This document shows positions 13,337-26,127 of a DNA stretch of 64,000 nucleotides, piece after piece. The stretch is from Curvularia clavata (Eukaryota): assembly GCA_023920165.1 (NCBI GenBank), contig CP089280.1:1550001-1614000 (forward strand), read 5' to 3'. Below the pieces are notes generated by a model, which searched no databases, was not told the origin of the DNA, and saw nothing but the letters and a program-made list of their open reading frames with translations. Numbering within the stretch: position 1 is the stretch's first letter; each line of letters begins with the position of its first letter. Both the position numbers and the translations under genes were made by a program.

Positions 13337-16300
13337 ATGGAATCCCCACACCCAGACGAGCGGCCTCCCAAGAAACGCCGTTTCTTCACAGAAGATTCAT
13401 CGCCAGTACAGACTCGGTCAAATCCTGCTGATCTTCCGCCTTCTTCGCCAACAAGGTCGTCGCCGCCGCCGCCGCCACCACCACCACAACAGCCTCAGAG
13501 CCACGAATTGCTACCAGACGAAGAGACTAGCAATGGCGGGAAGACGGGTTTCGGGAGCTTCGATGTCGAAACACTCCAGGCTGTAGTTGGAGAACTCACA
13601 GATTCTACACTGCAGAAGCTGAAAGATGTCAGCGGAAGTGATGTGCAACGAGGTATGCATACACTAAGCCAATGCGAGAGCCTTAGTTAATATCTTTCAG
13701 CAATCAACCTGTATTTAGATGGCTCTTGGAGCACAATGCCATCAAGGCCGCCGGTACCAGTCCTACAGTCTCGCCCGCAGTCTGTTCAGATGACATTAGC
13801 AAGTTCACTGAAGCGTACCGAATCCGAAGTTTCGAACCATTCTACCCCCGCATCCGGTTCTTCGACGCCCCAAGTTGTACGTGACATGCCTAGCAAACGA
13901 TACATTGGCTCATTTGGTGCTGCTGCATGGGCAACTAAGAGTGGGATGGGACTCCTCAAGCACGACGAGAAGGTCCAGATAGAGCGTGTGAAGCCACAGC
14001 CTCGACTCAACAAGGCTAAGAAAGTCATCCAGCTCAAGAAGCCAGACATCGTGGTGCGGTTTACCAACACTAAAGGAGAAGAGGTGGGGAGACTGGACAA
14101 CGATACGGCGACATGGGTGTCTGTTCTGATAGACCAGAACGTATGCTCGTTTGAGGGTTCCGTCGTGTACACACCGGACAAGCTGCGGACAGGAGATACC
14201 ATCTACCTGCAACTGCGCGCTTTTTTTCTGCGAGGTGCATTCGACAAGCGATCGTTTGTGAAGCCGGATAACAATCGAGAGATTAATTTGTTTGAAGAGA
14301 AGGAATCTTCGGAAGAACGAGACCTTCGATTACGACAGGTTGGTCTTGTCAAGTTATTCGAGGCCATCAACCTCCAACCTACGCATGAGAACGAGACTAC
14401 TGCAAAACATAGGCGACAAGGATTGCTGCAGGCAGCAGAGAGTGATGAAAAGAAAGGAGATAAGCCAAAGCCGAAGAGTACGACACCAACAATAGTTCCA
14501 AATTCTGCCGATTCTGCATCTTCACCACCTGCGGACGAAGCCGAAGAGGGAGAAGAGCTTGAGCAAGATCAACTAGATTCCCTGTACAAAAAAGCCCAAT
14601 CTTTTGATTTCAATACTCCAACCATGGAACCTGCCAGCACCTTCCGTTTGGATTTACGGAAATACCAAAAGCAAGCTCTATTTTGGATGGTTAGCAAGGA
14701 GAAGGACGAGGCCATAGAAGATAAAGAAACTTCAATCCACCCACTTTGGGAGGAGTATCAGTGGCCGACTCATGATGCGGATAACCAGCCTGTGCCAACT
14801 GTTCCAAGTCAGAATATGTTCTACGTCAATCCATATTCAGGCGAGCTGTCATTGGAGTTTCCAAAGCAAGAGCAGAATTGTCTGGGTGGTGTTCTCGCTG
14901 ATGAGATGGGCCTGGGTAAAACTATTGAGATGCTCAGTTTGATCCACACGCACCGAACGGAATTAAACAGCGATCGGACGCCGGCAACGCCAAAATCTCT
15001 GCCACAGTTGCGCAAAGCAAGTGCTGTTGTTGAACCTGCTCCATACACGACTCTCGTCATTGCGCCCATGTCACTGCTCGCGCAATGGCATAGTGAGGCC
15101 GAAAAGGCTTCCAAGGAGGGCACGTTGAAAGCCATGGTCTACTATGGTTCTGAAAAGGCAGTCAATCTACAAAAGTTGTGTTGCGCCTCCAATGCCGCCA
15201 ATGCACCGAATGTCGTTATTACGAGTTACGGTACTGTCCTTTCCGAATACAGTCAGGTCGTTGCCCAGGATGGGAATCGGGGCTCTCATGGCGGCATCTT
15301 CTCGCTGGAATACTTCAGAATTATCCTCGATGAGGCACACTACATAAAGAACCGGCAGTCAAAGACGGCAAAGGCTTGCTATGAGCTCAGTGCCAAACAT
15401 CGCTGGGTGCTGACAGGAACACCGATCGTTAATCGTCTCGAAGATCTATTTAGCTTGGTTCGTTTCTTGAAGGTCGAGCCATGGGCGAATTTCTCATTCT
15501 GGAAAACATTCATTACCGTTCCATTTGAGTCTGGCGATTTCGTGCGTGCCCTGAATGTTGTTCAAACAGTCCTTGAACCGCTGGTGCTCCGTCGAACCAA
15601 GGATATGAAGACACCAGACGGAAAGGCTCTAGTGCCATTGCCGCCACGGACAGTCGAAGTCGAGAAGATCGTGCTGTCCCAGGACGAGCAAGATGTATAT
15701 GATCATATCTATATGCGTGCCAAGAGTGTGTTCAGTGCCAATGCAGAAGCTGGAACATTACTCAAGTCATACACTACTATCTTCGCTCAGATTCTTCGAC
15801 TACGGCAGTCTTGCTGCCACCCTGTTCTCACCCGCAAAGCCAACATCGTCGCTGATGAGGAAGACGCGTCGCTAGCTTCTGACCTTGCTAACGGCCTGGC
15901 AGACGATATGGATCTTTCCAATCTCATCGAACGCTTCGAGGCAGATGGTGACCAGGATGTTAGCAAGTTCGGCGCACACGTTTTGAAGCAAATACAAGAC
16001 GAGAATGAGGCTGAATGTCCCATCTGCTGCGAAGAACCTATGATTGAGCAAGCCGTCACTGGATGTTGGCACTCTGCCTGCAAAGAGTGTCTCCTGAATT
16101 ACATTGCCCACCAACGCGATAAGAACGAGATACCGCGTTGTTTCAACTGTCGCGAGCCTATCAATGCCCGCGACGTCTTTGAAGTAGTCCGACATGATCA
16201 CGTCAACGAAGACGACAAGTCTAACCATGCTTTCCGTTCTACGGACGCACCGCCACCAACCTCCACTCAGGCATCTCGCATCAGCCTCCGCCGTATTGGC

Positions 16301-16887
16301 CTCACCGGCTCCGCCAAAACCCAAGCGCTGCTAGGTCATCTCAAGAAAATCCGCAAAGAAGAGAAGGGCACAAAAACCGTGGTTTTCTCGCAATTCACTT
16401 CCTTCCTCGATCTCATCGAGCCTGCATTGACGCGCGATCATATCCCCTTTCTGCGTTTCGATGGCTCGATAAGCCAGAAAGCGCGCGCGCAGATTCTGGC
16501 AGAATTCACCAGCTCCCCGAAGCCCTATGTATTACTACTAAGCTTGCGATCGGGCGGTGTCGGCCTGAACCTTACCTGTGCAAGTAAAGTGTTCATGATG
16601 GACCCATGGTGGAGTTTTGCTGTCGAAGCGCAAGCGATCGATCGTGTACATCGTATGGGTCAGGAGCGCGAAGTCAAAGTAGTGAGGTTCTGCGTTGAGG
16701 GCAGTATTGAGGAGAAGATGCTGAGGATTCAAGAGAGGAAGAAGTTCATGTGAGTCGTGGCGAATCCTACTCTTTTTCTTCTTTGGGAAGCTAACCATTC
16801 TTCAATAGTGCGAGTTCTCTAGGTATGATGTCTGATGAAGAGAAGCGCGTGCAACGTATCGAAGATATCAAGGAGTTGTTGAGTTGA
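13337..16887 (+). CDS. RAD5: DNA repair protein RAD5 (HIRAN, SNF2 helicase, RING)
   Basis: HIRAN-like VRFTN..GEEVGRL, Walker A GGVLADEMGLGKT, LDEAH, RING CPICCEE..CWHSACKEC..CFNC, LSLRSGGVGLNL and QAIDRVHRMGQ. Introns ~13653-13700 and ~16751-16808. Confidence 0.95.
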
Positions 16888-17145
16888 GTAGGGATAGATG
16901 TAAGGTCCGATGGCTCTGTTGATTTCGACCGAAGTATTCATGCAAAGCCGTTGTAGTCAGGGCACATAGAAGCAGCGACATTCTTGAGTTTCTTCTCAAC
17001 TTTTCATATTATACTACTGAGAGTCCATCGCAGATATGTGTCAAGCATATTCCGGAATTCTGATGAATTAAAGGAAAAAACTGAGGACACATGTGCATAT
17101 TATCCCATGGTTCAGGGAATCCAATAAAAACTCGTTATCGCCAGA

Positions 17146-17859
17146 TCATTCTCCACTTCCGCTCGAATCCCGCTTCCGCTTCTTGTTTCCCTCCTTTTTC
17201 TCCTCCTGCTCATAGCTTTCCTTGGCTTCCTTGAATTTCTCGACGATAAAGGCGAACTGTGCCTCGTCGTCACCTGCCTTCTTCTCAGACTCTTCAGAAA
17301 TGATTTGAGCCTTTTCCTCTGCTTCTGCGACGTTCATGCCAGCAGAGTATATCAGGCATATGACGATATAGCTGTGCTCGGCGACCGTTCCCCACTATTG
17401 GATAACTTTATCCAGCGCGTCGGGTTCAAATTCAAGTTTTGATTCCTCCATTAGAAACTGCGTCGCTTCTTGGAGACTCTCGAAGTCCTTGGTTCCTTGT
17501 TGAGGCCGCTCCGGCACTGTTGTTGACAAAAGTTGTCTATGTGCAGAACGTGGTTCCTCAAACAGTTCGTTTACAAACTTGCTTATATCAAGCGCTCGTA
17601 GTAACGACAGTTTGAGGTCCTGGAGGATGATGCGTGCTGTCGTATGCATCTTTGTTGGGGCGAGCTTGGCAAACATTTCGTCCAATGCCTCAACCTGAGC
17701 TTTCGCTAGGTCGTAGTTGTTTCCGTATTTGTGGAGACTGGTCTTCATCTCCTGGTTGAGTCCCTCTAAAGTTTTATGGAACTTGACAAAAGCATTTGCA
17801 TCTACTATGGCCTTTTCGAGTATTTCTCGGAGCTGTGATGTCTCTGTGTGGGCTTCCAT
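17146..17859 (-). pseudogene. Hypothetical helical protein (~237 codons) interrupted by one in-frame TAG
   Basis: ORFs 17395..17889 and 17146..17337 are in the same frame, separated only by TAG at 17395-17397 and 19 sense codons. Basic KKRKR near the C-terminus. Confidence 0.5.
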
Positions 17860-18010
17860 GATGGCGTGTTCTTGAGAGTGGAGAAGCAAGGAAGAGACAG
17901 CGGATACTGAGAGATGTTGCTTGGACCTAGTAGATTAGTCCAAGCTTCTGCGAGTTCTGTAGTAGCAGGCGGTGTATTTGAAGTAAAGGTGAATTGAGTC
18001 AATCATCTGC

Positions 18011-18238
18011 AATTTCTCTCACACCTGCGATATCATCTATTCACCGCTAATTTCTCTCTCACCTATGATATGACACAATCACCGATAATTGCTCTCTTAC
18101 CTGCGATATCATACATTTACCGCTGATTTCTGTCTCACCCATAATAAAATGTATTTACTACAGATTTCTCTCTCACCTGCAATATATCACATTCACCGCT
18201 GATTTATCTCTCATCTGTGACATAATGCATTCAGCAAT
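18011..18238. repeat. Degenerate tandem repeat, 6 x 38 bp
   Basis: Units start at 18011, 18049, 18087, 18125, 18163 and 18201. Approximate consensus RATTTCTCTCTCACCTGYGATATNANNCATTCACCGCT. Confidence 0.9.
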
Positions 18239-18818
18239 CTCTGCCAGAGTAACAAGTCGCTTTTGCAATATAAAAACAGCTGAAAGGTGAGAGACAAAGT
18301 CTCTGCATTTCGTGCGATGGTTTCTATGATGAGGTAAAAGAAGTATCTATCTCTTGTGAAACCATGAGTTGATCGGCCTAGCCATTCGGTGTCTTGGAGC
18401 GGCATGACGGCGTAGCACTGCCTCTACTGTAGAAATTGTGGCGAGCACTGGTTCACGATTGACGGTCTCACTACACCGAGTTGCACCACGAAGAATGCAC
18501 ACATCAAGTTTATAGCGCACCCAGAAATTTCTTTTAAAGTGATTCGTGTCCGTGGGAGAACCGCGAATACAGCTATTACGCAGACCCAACTCAATGGTGG
18601 CGTATCGATAAGTCGAAGCCAAGCATCGTCAATCGAACACTTGGCGGCACCAAGCCTCATCAGGCCTAGTACCCCACTATCGCGCCCCCCAATTTTGCAC
18701 TCTACGTCGAACGTCAACGCGGGCCTCACGACCAACTCCCCTCCTTCCACCCCTCGAAACACCAAGAAGACGCAGGATACCCATCTCTTTGCGCTCCACA
18801 CCCCAAATCTGATCCAAA

Positions 18819-19411
18819 ATGTCTACCACCGTACGTACAACCGCTTTGCTGTCCTCCGGCGCGCGAACACAGCCCAGGTGCCTTTCCTGAAGCTGCTTTG
18901 TTCCGCGAACCGCCGCGTGCTCCAGAACAGTAGGCTAAGTACCGCAATTTTTGTATACAGAAGCGTTCCGCCGCCGCCAAGAAGGGCCAGAAGGTGACGA
19001 AGAAGTTCATCATCAACTGCTCGCAGCCCGTCAACGACAAGATCTTCGACATCCAGGCTTTTGAGAAGTTCCTGCACGAGCGCATCAAGGTCGAGGGCCG
19101 CACCGGCAACCTTGGCGACACCATCCAGATCAGCCAGCAGGGCGAGGGAAAGATCGAGGTCATTGCCCACCAGGAGTTCTCTGGTCGCTACCTCAAGTAC
19201 CTGTACGTTTTTCTCTATCTTGCCCTGGACTTTTGGAGGGATGCATCAAAAACGCAATTGTGTGCTAACGTGGATGAAACACAGTACCAAGAAGTTCCTC
19301 AAGAAGCAGCAGCTCCGTGACTGGCTCCGCGTCGTTTCCACCTCCAAGGGTGTCTACGAGCTCCGCTTCTTCAACGTTGTCAACGACGAGGCCGACGAGG
19401 ACGACGAGTAG
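18819..19411 (+). CDS. RPL22: 60S ribosomal protein L22 (eL22), 3 exons
   Basis: [74 protein letters not shown]. Introns ~18831-18960 and ~19203-19284. Strong codon bias. Confidence 0.97.
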
Positions 19412-22400
19412 ATCTACATTGCCACTTAGAGATACCACCATGGCTTGCATGATAATGGAGTCTAGTGTTTGGGAAAATTTAAGGGAAAAAGCAAAGGTCT
19501 ACATGGCGTATAGCACAATCGAATGAATTGATGCATGTGCCAACACGATGAAACTCTCCGCTGCTGTGAATTGACCTACGCGTGAATAAGTTACTAGATT
19601 TTTCACTTTTCAACCAATTGGCCAATTGAGTGAGAGCCTGGCAATGCGGGCATCGAAACGAAGATGTGGATCATGGCACTAGGGAGAAAGAAAAAAATGC
19701 ACGATGTTTTGAAACTCGCCTGCAAATCCTCGATTAGCGCAACGCTCAGAGCAGGCTCTTTTACTCCACATGATGCTAAAAGGTAGTCCATACCATGCCT
19801 CCGCGGTGGAGCTAGCAAGGAAAAGAAAAACCAACAACTTGATTTGAGCCACACCTTCCATGGATGGGCTTGAGCATTTTACAAGAAGAGGAGACGAGAT
19901 GATGGTGGTAATGATGATGGTGATGACGAAGCTTGCATAGAGCTGCTGGTTAGTTTGTGTCGGAACCGTACGGGTTTGGCGTGGGTCAGAGTCTTACGTC
20001 TGTCTTTACATACTTACGACAGACAACAGGCGACGGTGGTGTGAGACGTGAAACACACCTCGTTGGAATTCATCATACGAGCATATGGCATAAGTGTCGT
20101 GTTATGAAGTTATTCCAAGGGTCCCGCAATTCACATCAAATGTTAGGTAAGAGAAGGAAGTTTTGATTCTGGACCTTTTGGGAGACCCACTGGTCAGAAA
20201 ACAACGGGTATGCTGAGCGGTATGCACCTGCTTCGCTGGCTTATTTGCTGTTCAGGCTGCAGTTGAAACATGGGAAATGGATAGCTGCATGCTTGTGCCG
20301 GCAGATCGCCGGTCACGATGTCGGTACTACTTCGTCTGCGGGCGCTAATGACCTCTTCCGGGCAATTTTAGTGCAGACGGGGCACTTGTCGCGGTAAGGT
20401 CCACATGTCATAGGGCGCCAGCATCTGAAAGTCTATCAAGACAACGCACTTTGAGCGCCATTGCGGCATTTTTGGCTTTTCCCAAGGGTATCTGGCATAA
20501 GAAAAAAGGGGACTGCAGAGAGGATTTGTTGGAATACGTCGTACTATGTTCCTGCTGGATGCGCAGCCGATGAAACTCCGAAGTTCTAGAATAGTCATGA
20601 AGGCGTGCGGCCATGTGCCTGGACCAGTGGACAGGACATCAAGGGAGGAGCGCCACAGCGGGAGCGCACCATGTGCATAAGTCAGGGCGTGCACAATAGG
20701 ATGTTTCGAGAAGGTTATTCCCCCAATCGGCCCACCACGGCCTAGAGAAGCATTTGCCCTGAGGCGGCTCTGCGTCGCGGCTCCGCAGGGAACTGGAGCA
20801 ACGTCGACGTAGGTTCTAGACACGACGACTATGAAGTGCTGTCATGTGCAATCGGACACCTGAGTGAACTGTAATTAGGTTTGGCCATCATGGTGCCATT
20901 TCGCGTTTTCCGTATATTGGATGTCGTAATGGCGCGGCATGATGAGTCTTGCAGTGCGCATCGCATAGTAAGCAAACCCCGTGACAGATATCCGACGGGA
21001 ACGAGGTACAGTATTCGGAACAGGTGAGCGAACCATGTGTGGGTCCCAGTGTGTGTGGTCAGGACTGCGGGCATGGGTATGCAGCATTTGCAGATGTTTT
21101 GCCCGATCTAGACATGGCGGACTGGCGACCTTGGCAGATCGGTAGCGCAGCGGACGCCATTCAAGCGTCACGGCTATTAAGCGAGACAGAGGGAGATTTG
21201 GAGAGGGTTGTCGAAAGAAGACGTTGGAGCCTGTCGTCTAGTGCACGTGATGGTGGGCGGCCTACTCCGACGGAAATGCTTGCGTGATCGGAGCTAGTGC
21301 GCGGTAATAGACGTTTCCATCGAGTAATGTAGAACAGTCTGGTCTCCCAACAAGTGGATTCCCTCTGACACGAGGCGACCTGAGTCTCAGCCAACATCGG
21401 GCCGGAGCCGCCAAATTGTGTAAAGAGACTGTAAAAGATCTGGGAGGAGTGGGGAAGCCACTCAGAAGTTCTAGTCGACCCACGGTGCATGGAAAAAATT
21501 CAATGCGTTACATGACGCCGGCTGTCTTGGCATGGGTACTATGGGCAGCCAACATGACAGACGACAACGACAAAGAGAGTGCAGAATTCGCATTGGACAC
21601 GCCGGGCGCATGAGGCGCAAGGTAGGCGTAGGCGCCATGATGGGAGCGGCAGTACCTGTAAGATTCCGCAGGGCGGCGTCCGGAGTGCCGTCGGCCGAGG
21701 AGATGCTCAATTGCTTGTCCCCAGAGTCGGCATGCTGGCGACAGGCACAAAGACCAGGATTGCGGGGAACAGCGCATCACATTTGCGTCAGCGAATGATG
21801 TTGGGCAGACGGACAGTGTGCCGTTGGAATGGGCTACCACCCCAGAGTTTTGTGGGTGGAGACAAGAGACTGGCATGATGCATGGGCACATCAATGGCTG
21901 TCGGTGAACCACATCGAGCCACCACGGTGCATTGTCGCTGCCAGCAAGCTGAAGCTTAAGCCGGGGGCCGAGGTGACGAAGCAGGTTGCCGGTCACGGTC
22001 ATGGACAGGGTCGAGCGGTGAGACTGGAAATGAGTGTGAGCATGAGCATGTCAGCGCAAGGCGTGATGGGAAGGTTGCCGTGAGCGATTGCCGTCAGGAA
22101 AGTATCAAAGTCCGAAAGTGCGAACAAGGTGTATACTGAGTCTCTACATGGCAGCCAAGCCGGAGTTTGCTCGCTTGTTTGTTGACGCCTTTTTGGCGGG
22201 CAGGCACGCCAGACAGGTTCGCTGGCGATCTCGTGAGCGGCAGGCCGTGCGCGCCTGCCTCCTGACCCAAAAATTGCTCCAACGCAGGGATGCGCTTGCC
22301 GCAAGCGACTAGCGCGTGGGAGTGAAAATCCCTGCTCGTGCTATCACCGATGAAATCATGTCAAGGCCTGAGAGGCAACCCAGTCAGGGAATTTCTCTCA

Positions 22401-22679
22401 TGTAAACCAGTCATCACTTCGCTCTCGTCTCTTAAATACCACCATCCCCTTCCCCAGGGTCCAGCTTTCCATAATTCTGAAAGCCAGATAATGTTCCTGC
22501 CTCAAAACCGCATCAACCACCTCCACTCCCACAAGGTCAATTCATAGACACCTGCATCTCGCTTGCGGCCCACGTCTCCAACATCATTGGACAGCGCCTT
22601 ATCTTTCACCTATCTTCACCCCCAACCATCCACTCACATCAGCTCTCCCTCAGCCCTACCCCGGATTCCTTATCATAGA

Positions 22680-24035
22680 ATGCCAGGTCGCCTGCTGAGT
22701 ACCCTGGCGAGGGTGGCTCCTACACCACTACCCAAGCCAGATCCCGCCAAACCACACGCAGAGGGTCTGCTGCCCCCGGTCTATTCCTACGACGCCCCAC
22801 GCGTCAAGGCAAAGTCAAAGTCGGAGGAGTCCCTGGTCATGGACATCTTCAACCGCCACAAGCATGACAAGCATGCCAAGGACAAGGACGAGAGCAAAAA
22901 GACGCCAAAGCTCGAGGCCCAGGGCGCAGCCTCCATGAACATGAGCGTAGAGTCACCACCAATCGTTTTCTACAACAACCCTCAAACGTCGACTGGTGCC
23001 ATTTTCTCGGGACAGCTCGTCATTAACGTACACGATCCTTACATCACCGTCGACAAGTTTGAGATGCGCATGCTTGCCATTGTTACCACCAAGAAGCCCG
23101 TGTCCCCACATTGTGCAGACTGCACCACCCAGACCACCGAAATTCACAAGTGGGAGTTCCTCACCCACCCCGTCTCTCTGCGCCACGGTCCCCACAACTT
23201 TCCCTTCAGCCACCTGCTGCCAGGCCACCTCCCTGCCACCACACATGGCAGTCTCGCCACTATCGATTACTTCCTGTCTGCCGTGGCCACTACCTCTTCG
23301 GGCAAGATCACGTACAAGCGCAATCTGGACATCAAGCGAGCCATTTTCCCTGGTGCCGAGAAGCATTCTATCCGCATCTTCCCGCCCACCAACCTTACCG
23401 CTTCGGTGAAGCTCCCGCCAGTCATTCATCCCATTGGAGATTTCCCCATTGAAATGCGCCTTTCTGGCATTGTGCAGAACAAGGCTGACTCGCAGACGCG
23501 ATGGAGACTGCGCAAGCTCAACTGGCGCATTGAGGAGACCCAAAAGTTCATCTCTCCAGCCTGCGCTAAGCACATGAACAAGATTGGTGGCGAGGGCAAG
23601 GGCGTTCTCCACGAGGATGTCCGTGCCATTGCCAATGAAGAGGTTAAGACGGGCTGGAAGACGGATTTCGACAAAGGCGAGATCGACGTTGAGTTCCAGG
23701 CTGCTTGCAACATGGCTATGAAGCCGCTGTGCGACGTCGAAGCCGCCAACGGAATGAGCGTCAAGCACAACTTGATCATTGAGATGGTTGTCGCTGAAGA
23801 ATGGGCGCCACTCAAGAAGCTCAGCCAAGCCACCCCCACCGGCGCCGCCCGTGTGCTCCGCACGCAATTCCACCTCGTTCTGACTGAGCGATCCGGCATG
23901 GGTATTGCTTGGGATGAGGAGCAGCCTCCGCTCTACGAAGATGTTCCCATCAGCCCGCCCACGTACGTTGAAGAATGCGAGTATCCCTTCTCCAACATGA
24001 GCTCTCGGTCTGGCAGTTTCAGCCTTGAGCGTTAG
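22680..24035 (+). CDS. Alpha-arrestin-related trafficking adaptor, LDB19/ART1 family
   Basis: VESPPIVFY..STGAIFSGQL, HNFPFSHLLPGHLPATT, RIFPPTNL, WRLRKLNWRIEE, and C-terminal PY motifs PPLYEDVP and PPTY. Confidence 0.88.
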   Translation: MPGRLLSTLARVAPTPLPKPDPAKPHAEGLLPPVYSYDAPRVKAKSKSEESLVMDIFNRHKHDKHAKDKDESKKTPKLEAQGAASMNMSVESPPIVFYNNPQTSTGAIFSGQLVINVHDPYITVDKFEMRMLAIVTTKKPVSPHCADCTTQTTEIHKWEFLTHPVSLRHGPHNFPFSHLLPGHLPATTHGSLATIDYFLSAVATTSSGKITYKRNLDIKRAIFPGAEKHSIRIFPPTNLTASVKLPPVIHPIGDFPIEMRLSGIVQNKADSQTRWRLRKLNWRIEETQKFISPACAKHMNKIGGEGKGVLHEDVRAIANEEVKTGWKTDFDKGEIDVEFQAACNMAMKPLCDVEAANGMSVKHNLIIEMVVAEEWAPLKKLSQATPTGAARVLRTQFHLVLTERSGMGIAWDEEQPPLYEDVPISPPTYVEECEYPFSNMSSRSGSFSLER

Positions 24036-26127
24036 TTTTGGACCTGCTGTTTCCTTGCGTTACTTATACCCCATTCGTCACGGCCGACCAGACGAGTTAC
24101 GAATTTCCTTACTTGGCCACTGTCTGATTTTTACTTGCAATCATCACTTTTGGACTATGTAGGATATACCCCTTTAGCACTGTTTCGAGCGTCGCTTCGT
24201 TTCACACTCGCCTCGTTTTTCTATGTTTTACGGCGTTCGATTTGATTATACATGGCTTGAGTTGAGCCAATGGCTAGCTCCTCAAGCATGCATTGGGATA
24301 GACATTCGGTTCCGCGTTTGCGGCTCATCAAAAAAGTTTCCACTCCACAGGACTGTTTTCATAGTCCTATTCTTCATACATAATAATACATTTGGAATTC
24401 CCACCTCTACATATTGCCAAAACCGCTTGCAGTGAAACCAAGATTTAGCCTTCATTTGAACTTGACAAAGCCTTGAAAACCTACCATCAACTTGATACTA
24501 AACAGCATGGGTTCTAAACTTCGCAACCACGAGTCTGAGTAAGGAATCGTGTTCTTCAAACCATATTCTGCTGGTGCACAGCACCAATACCAGCAATCCC
24601 TACTGTGACAGTATCATCAGATGTCGTACCAGCATCCGCCCATCCAGCAGGGTCTCGAGAACCCCGACACCCTACCGCATAACCACGTCATAAAAGCATA
24701 ATCCCATCACACAACCTCATGGCCTTCCAGACCTCCATCTAGGCCTTCGTCACACCCCACATTCCCATCCTCAACCCCACGTCTCTATGCACGAATCCTG
24801 TACTTCATTCCCTCCATCAATGCATATCCCCGGATACTGCCAAGCCCCCACAGAGCCGCAACAGCCCTGCATGCCCCAAACAGGCAGTTGCACCCAGCCT
24901 CTCATCCCGAACCGTCCAGCCAAAGCGGGAACTATCACGAACCTTTTTCTGTATGTAGTCGCCTACCTCCGACTGCGCTACTGCTATGCAATGTGAGCCA
25001 AGCGTGTCTAGAACAACCTAGATGGGTTTTTTTGTCTTTGTGGCCCTTGCATCCTTGCCCCGCATCGTGTAGATGGGAAAAATTTGGGGGAGGAGGAAAG
25101 GTACTCGTCTGTGCAATGTGCATTCTACATTTTTTCACATGCATGTTCGTTTGCACACTCTTGGTGTCGTCTTAGACGGCGTGAAAAAAAAACACGTATG
25201 TACGTAAAGCTCCATCTGCCACCACACTTTGCATCCTGCATCGGGGAAGTACATAGCCTCCACATATTACGCATCTTAGTGTGTCAGTGTGATCTAGAAC
25301 ACTAGCGCATGTAGCGTGTGCTTTGCAGAATTTTCTTCTTTCTCTAGGGGACGGACCGCCGAGCTAGTCAGGGACTTGCGTGTGGCGTTGCGGCTTTTTT
25401 TAAATGTGTTGGCGCCAAGGATCGTGGAGTTCCGGATTAGGAAAGAAGACGAGGAGGGGGCATGGTGGTGAGCGCGCCGACAACGGATGTAAGAGTTGTG
25501 CATGGCGGGCTTGTCAAGCATAAAGTTTGGTACTGGTACGGAAGGCTTGGATCAGTGGGGTCTTGGGTGGTGGGGTTTGGCATGACTCGTATTGAGGCAG
25601 AAATTGTGGTGGTAAGCTTTTTCGACGTGTCGAGGTTGAATATCGGAGTGCAGAAGGGGAGCTGGTGTGCCATGCTCTGAACTCTAGATCTTCTCGGGTA
25701 TTGGCTGTAGCGTCATTCAAGTAAAGATGATTTTATTTCATGTTTTTATACACGAAGAGCCTTCTGCCTTGGCAGTGTTTATGCTGGTTTTTTGCTCGTT
25801 TTTCTCCGCATCTAGAAATCCCCTTGCATGCTTGCTCATCGGAGTAATCTTCTGGTCATGTTGTTGCTCGCAGACTGTGTTCTTAGCCACATTGCTTACA
25901 TCCAGGATAAAAATCTGTAGAAATCCAATCTCTGGCGCCTCTTGTTCTACTCTCCTATGCCCAGCTGGAGTCGTTCAACTAGAGTCCCACTCCATAAATA
26001 GTTACCTCTAAACGCTACGCCTACTTCTCATCCTGAAAATTCTTAACACAGAGCTAGGCGAATGGGACCCAATGCTTGTAATGGCGGGAGTTCAAAGAAT
26101 CATGTCGTCTTCTGCAACGGCACTTCA

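Noticed and set aside
18011..18238. 38-bp array as a CRISPR array
   Set aside because: Units are contiguous with no unique spacers, there are no cas genes, and the context is eukaryotic.
22953..23873. Long antisense ORFs over the arrestin gene, and similar ones over MAS2 (40309..40986) and the vWA gene (51197..51865)
   Set aside because: Shadow ORFs expected from GC3-biased codon usage on the coding strand, with no protein motifs.
24036..26127. Many short ORFs between the arrestin gene and the head-to-head pair
   Set aside because: No recognisable motifs or coherent exon chain; this looks like UTR and intergenic DNA.
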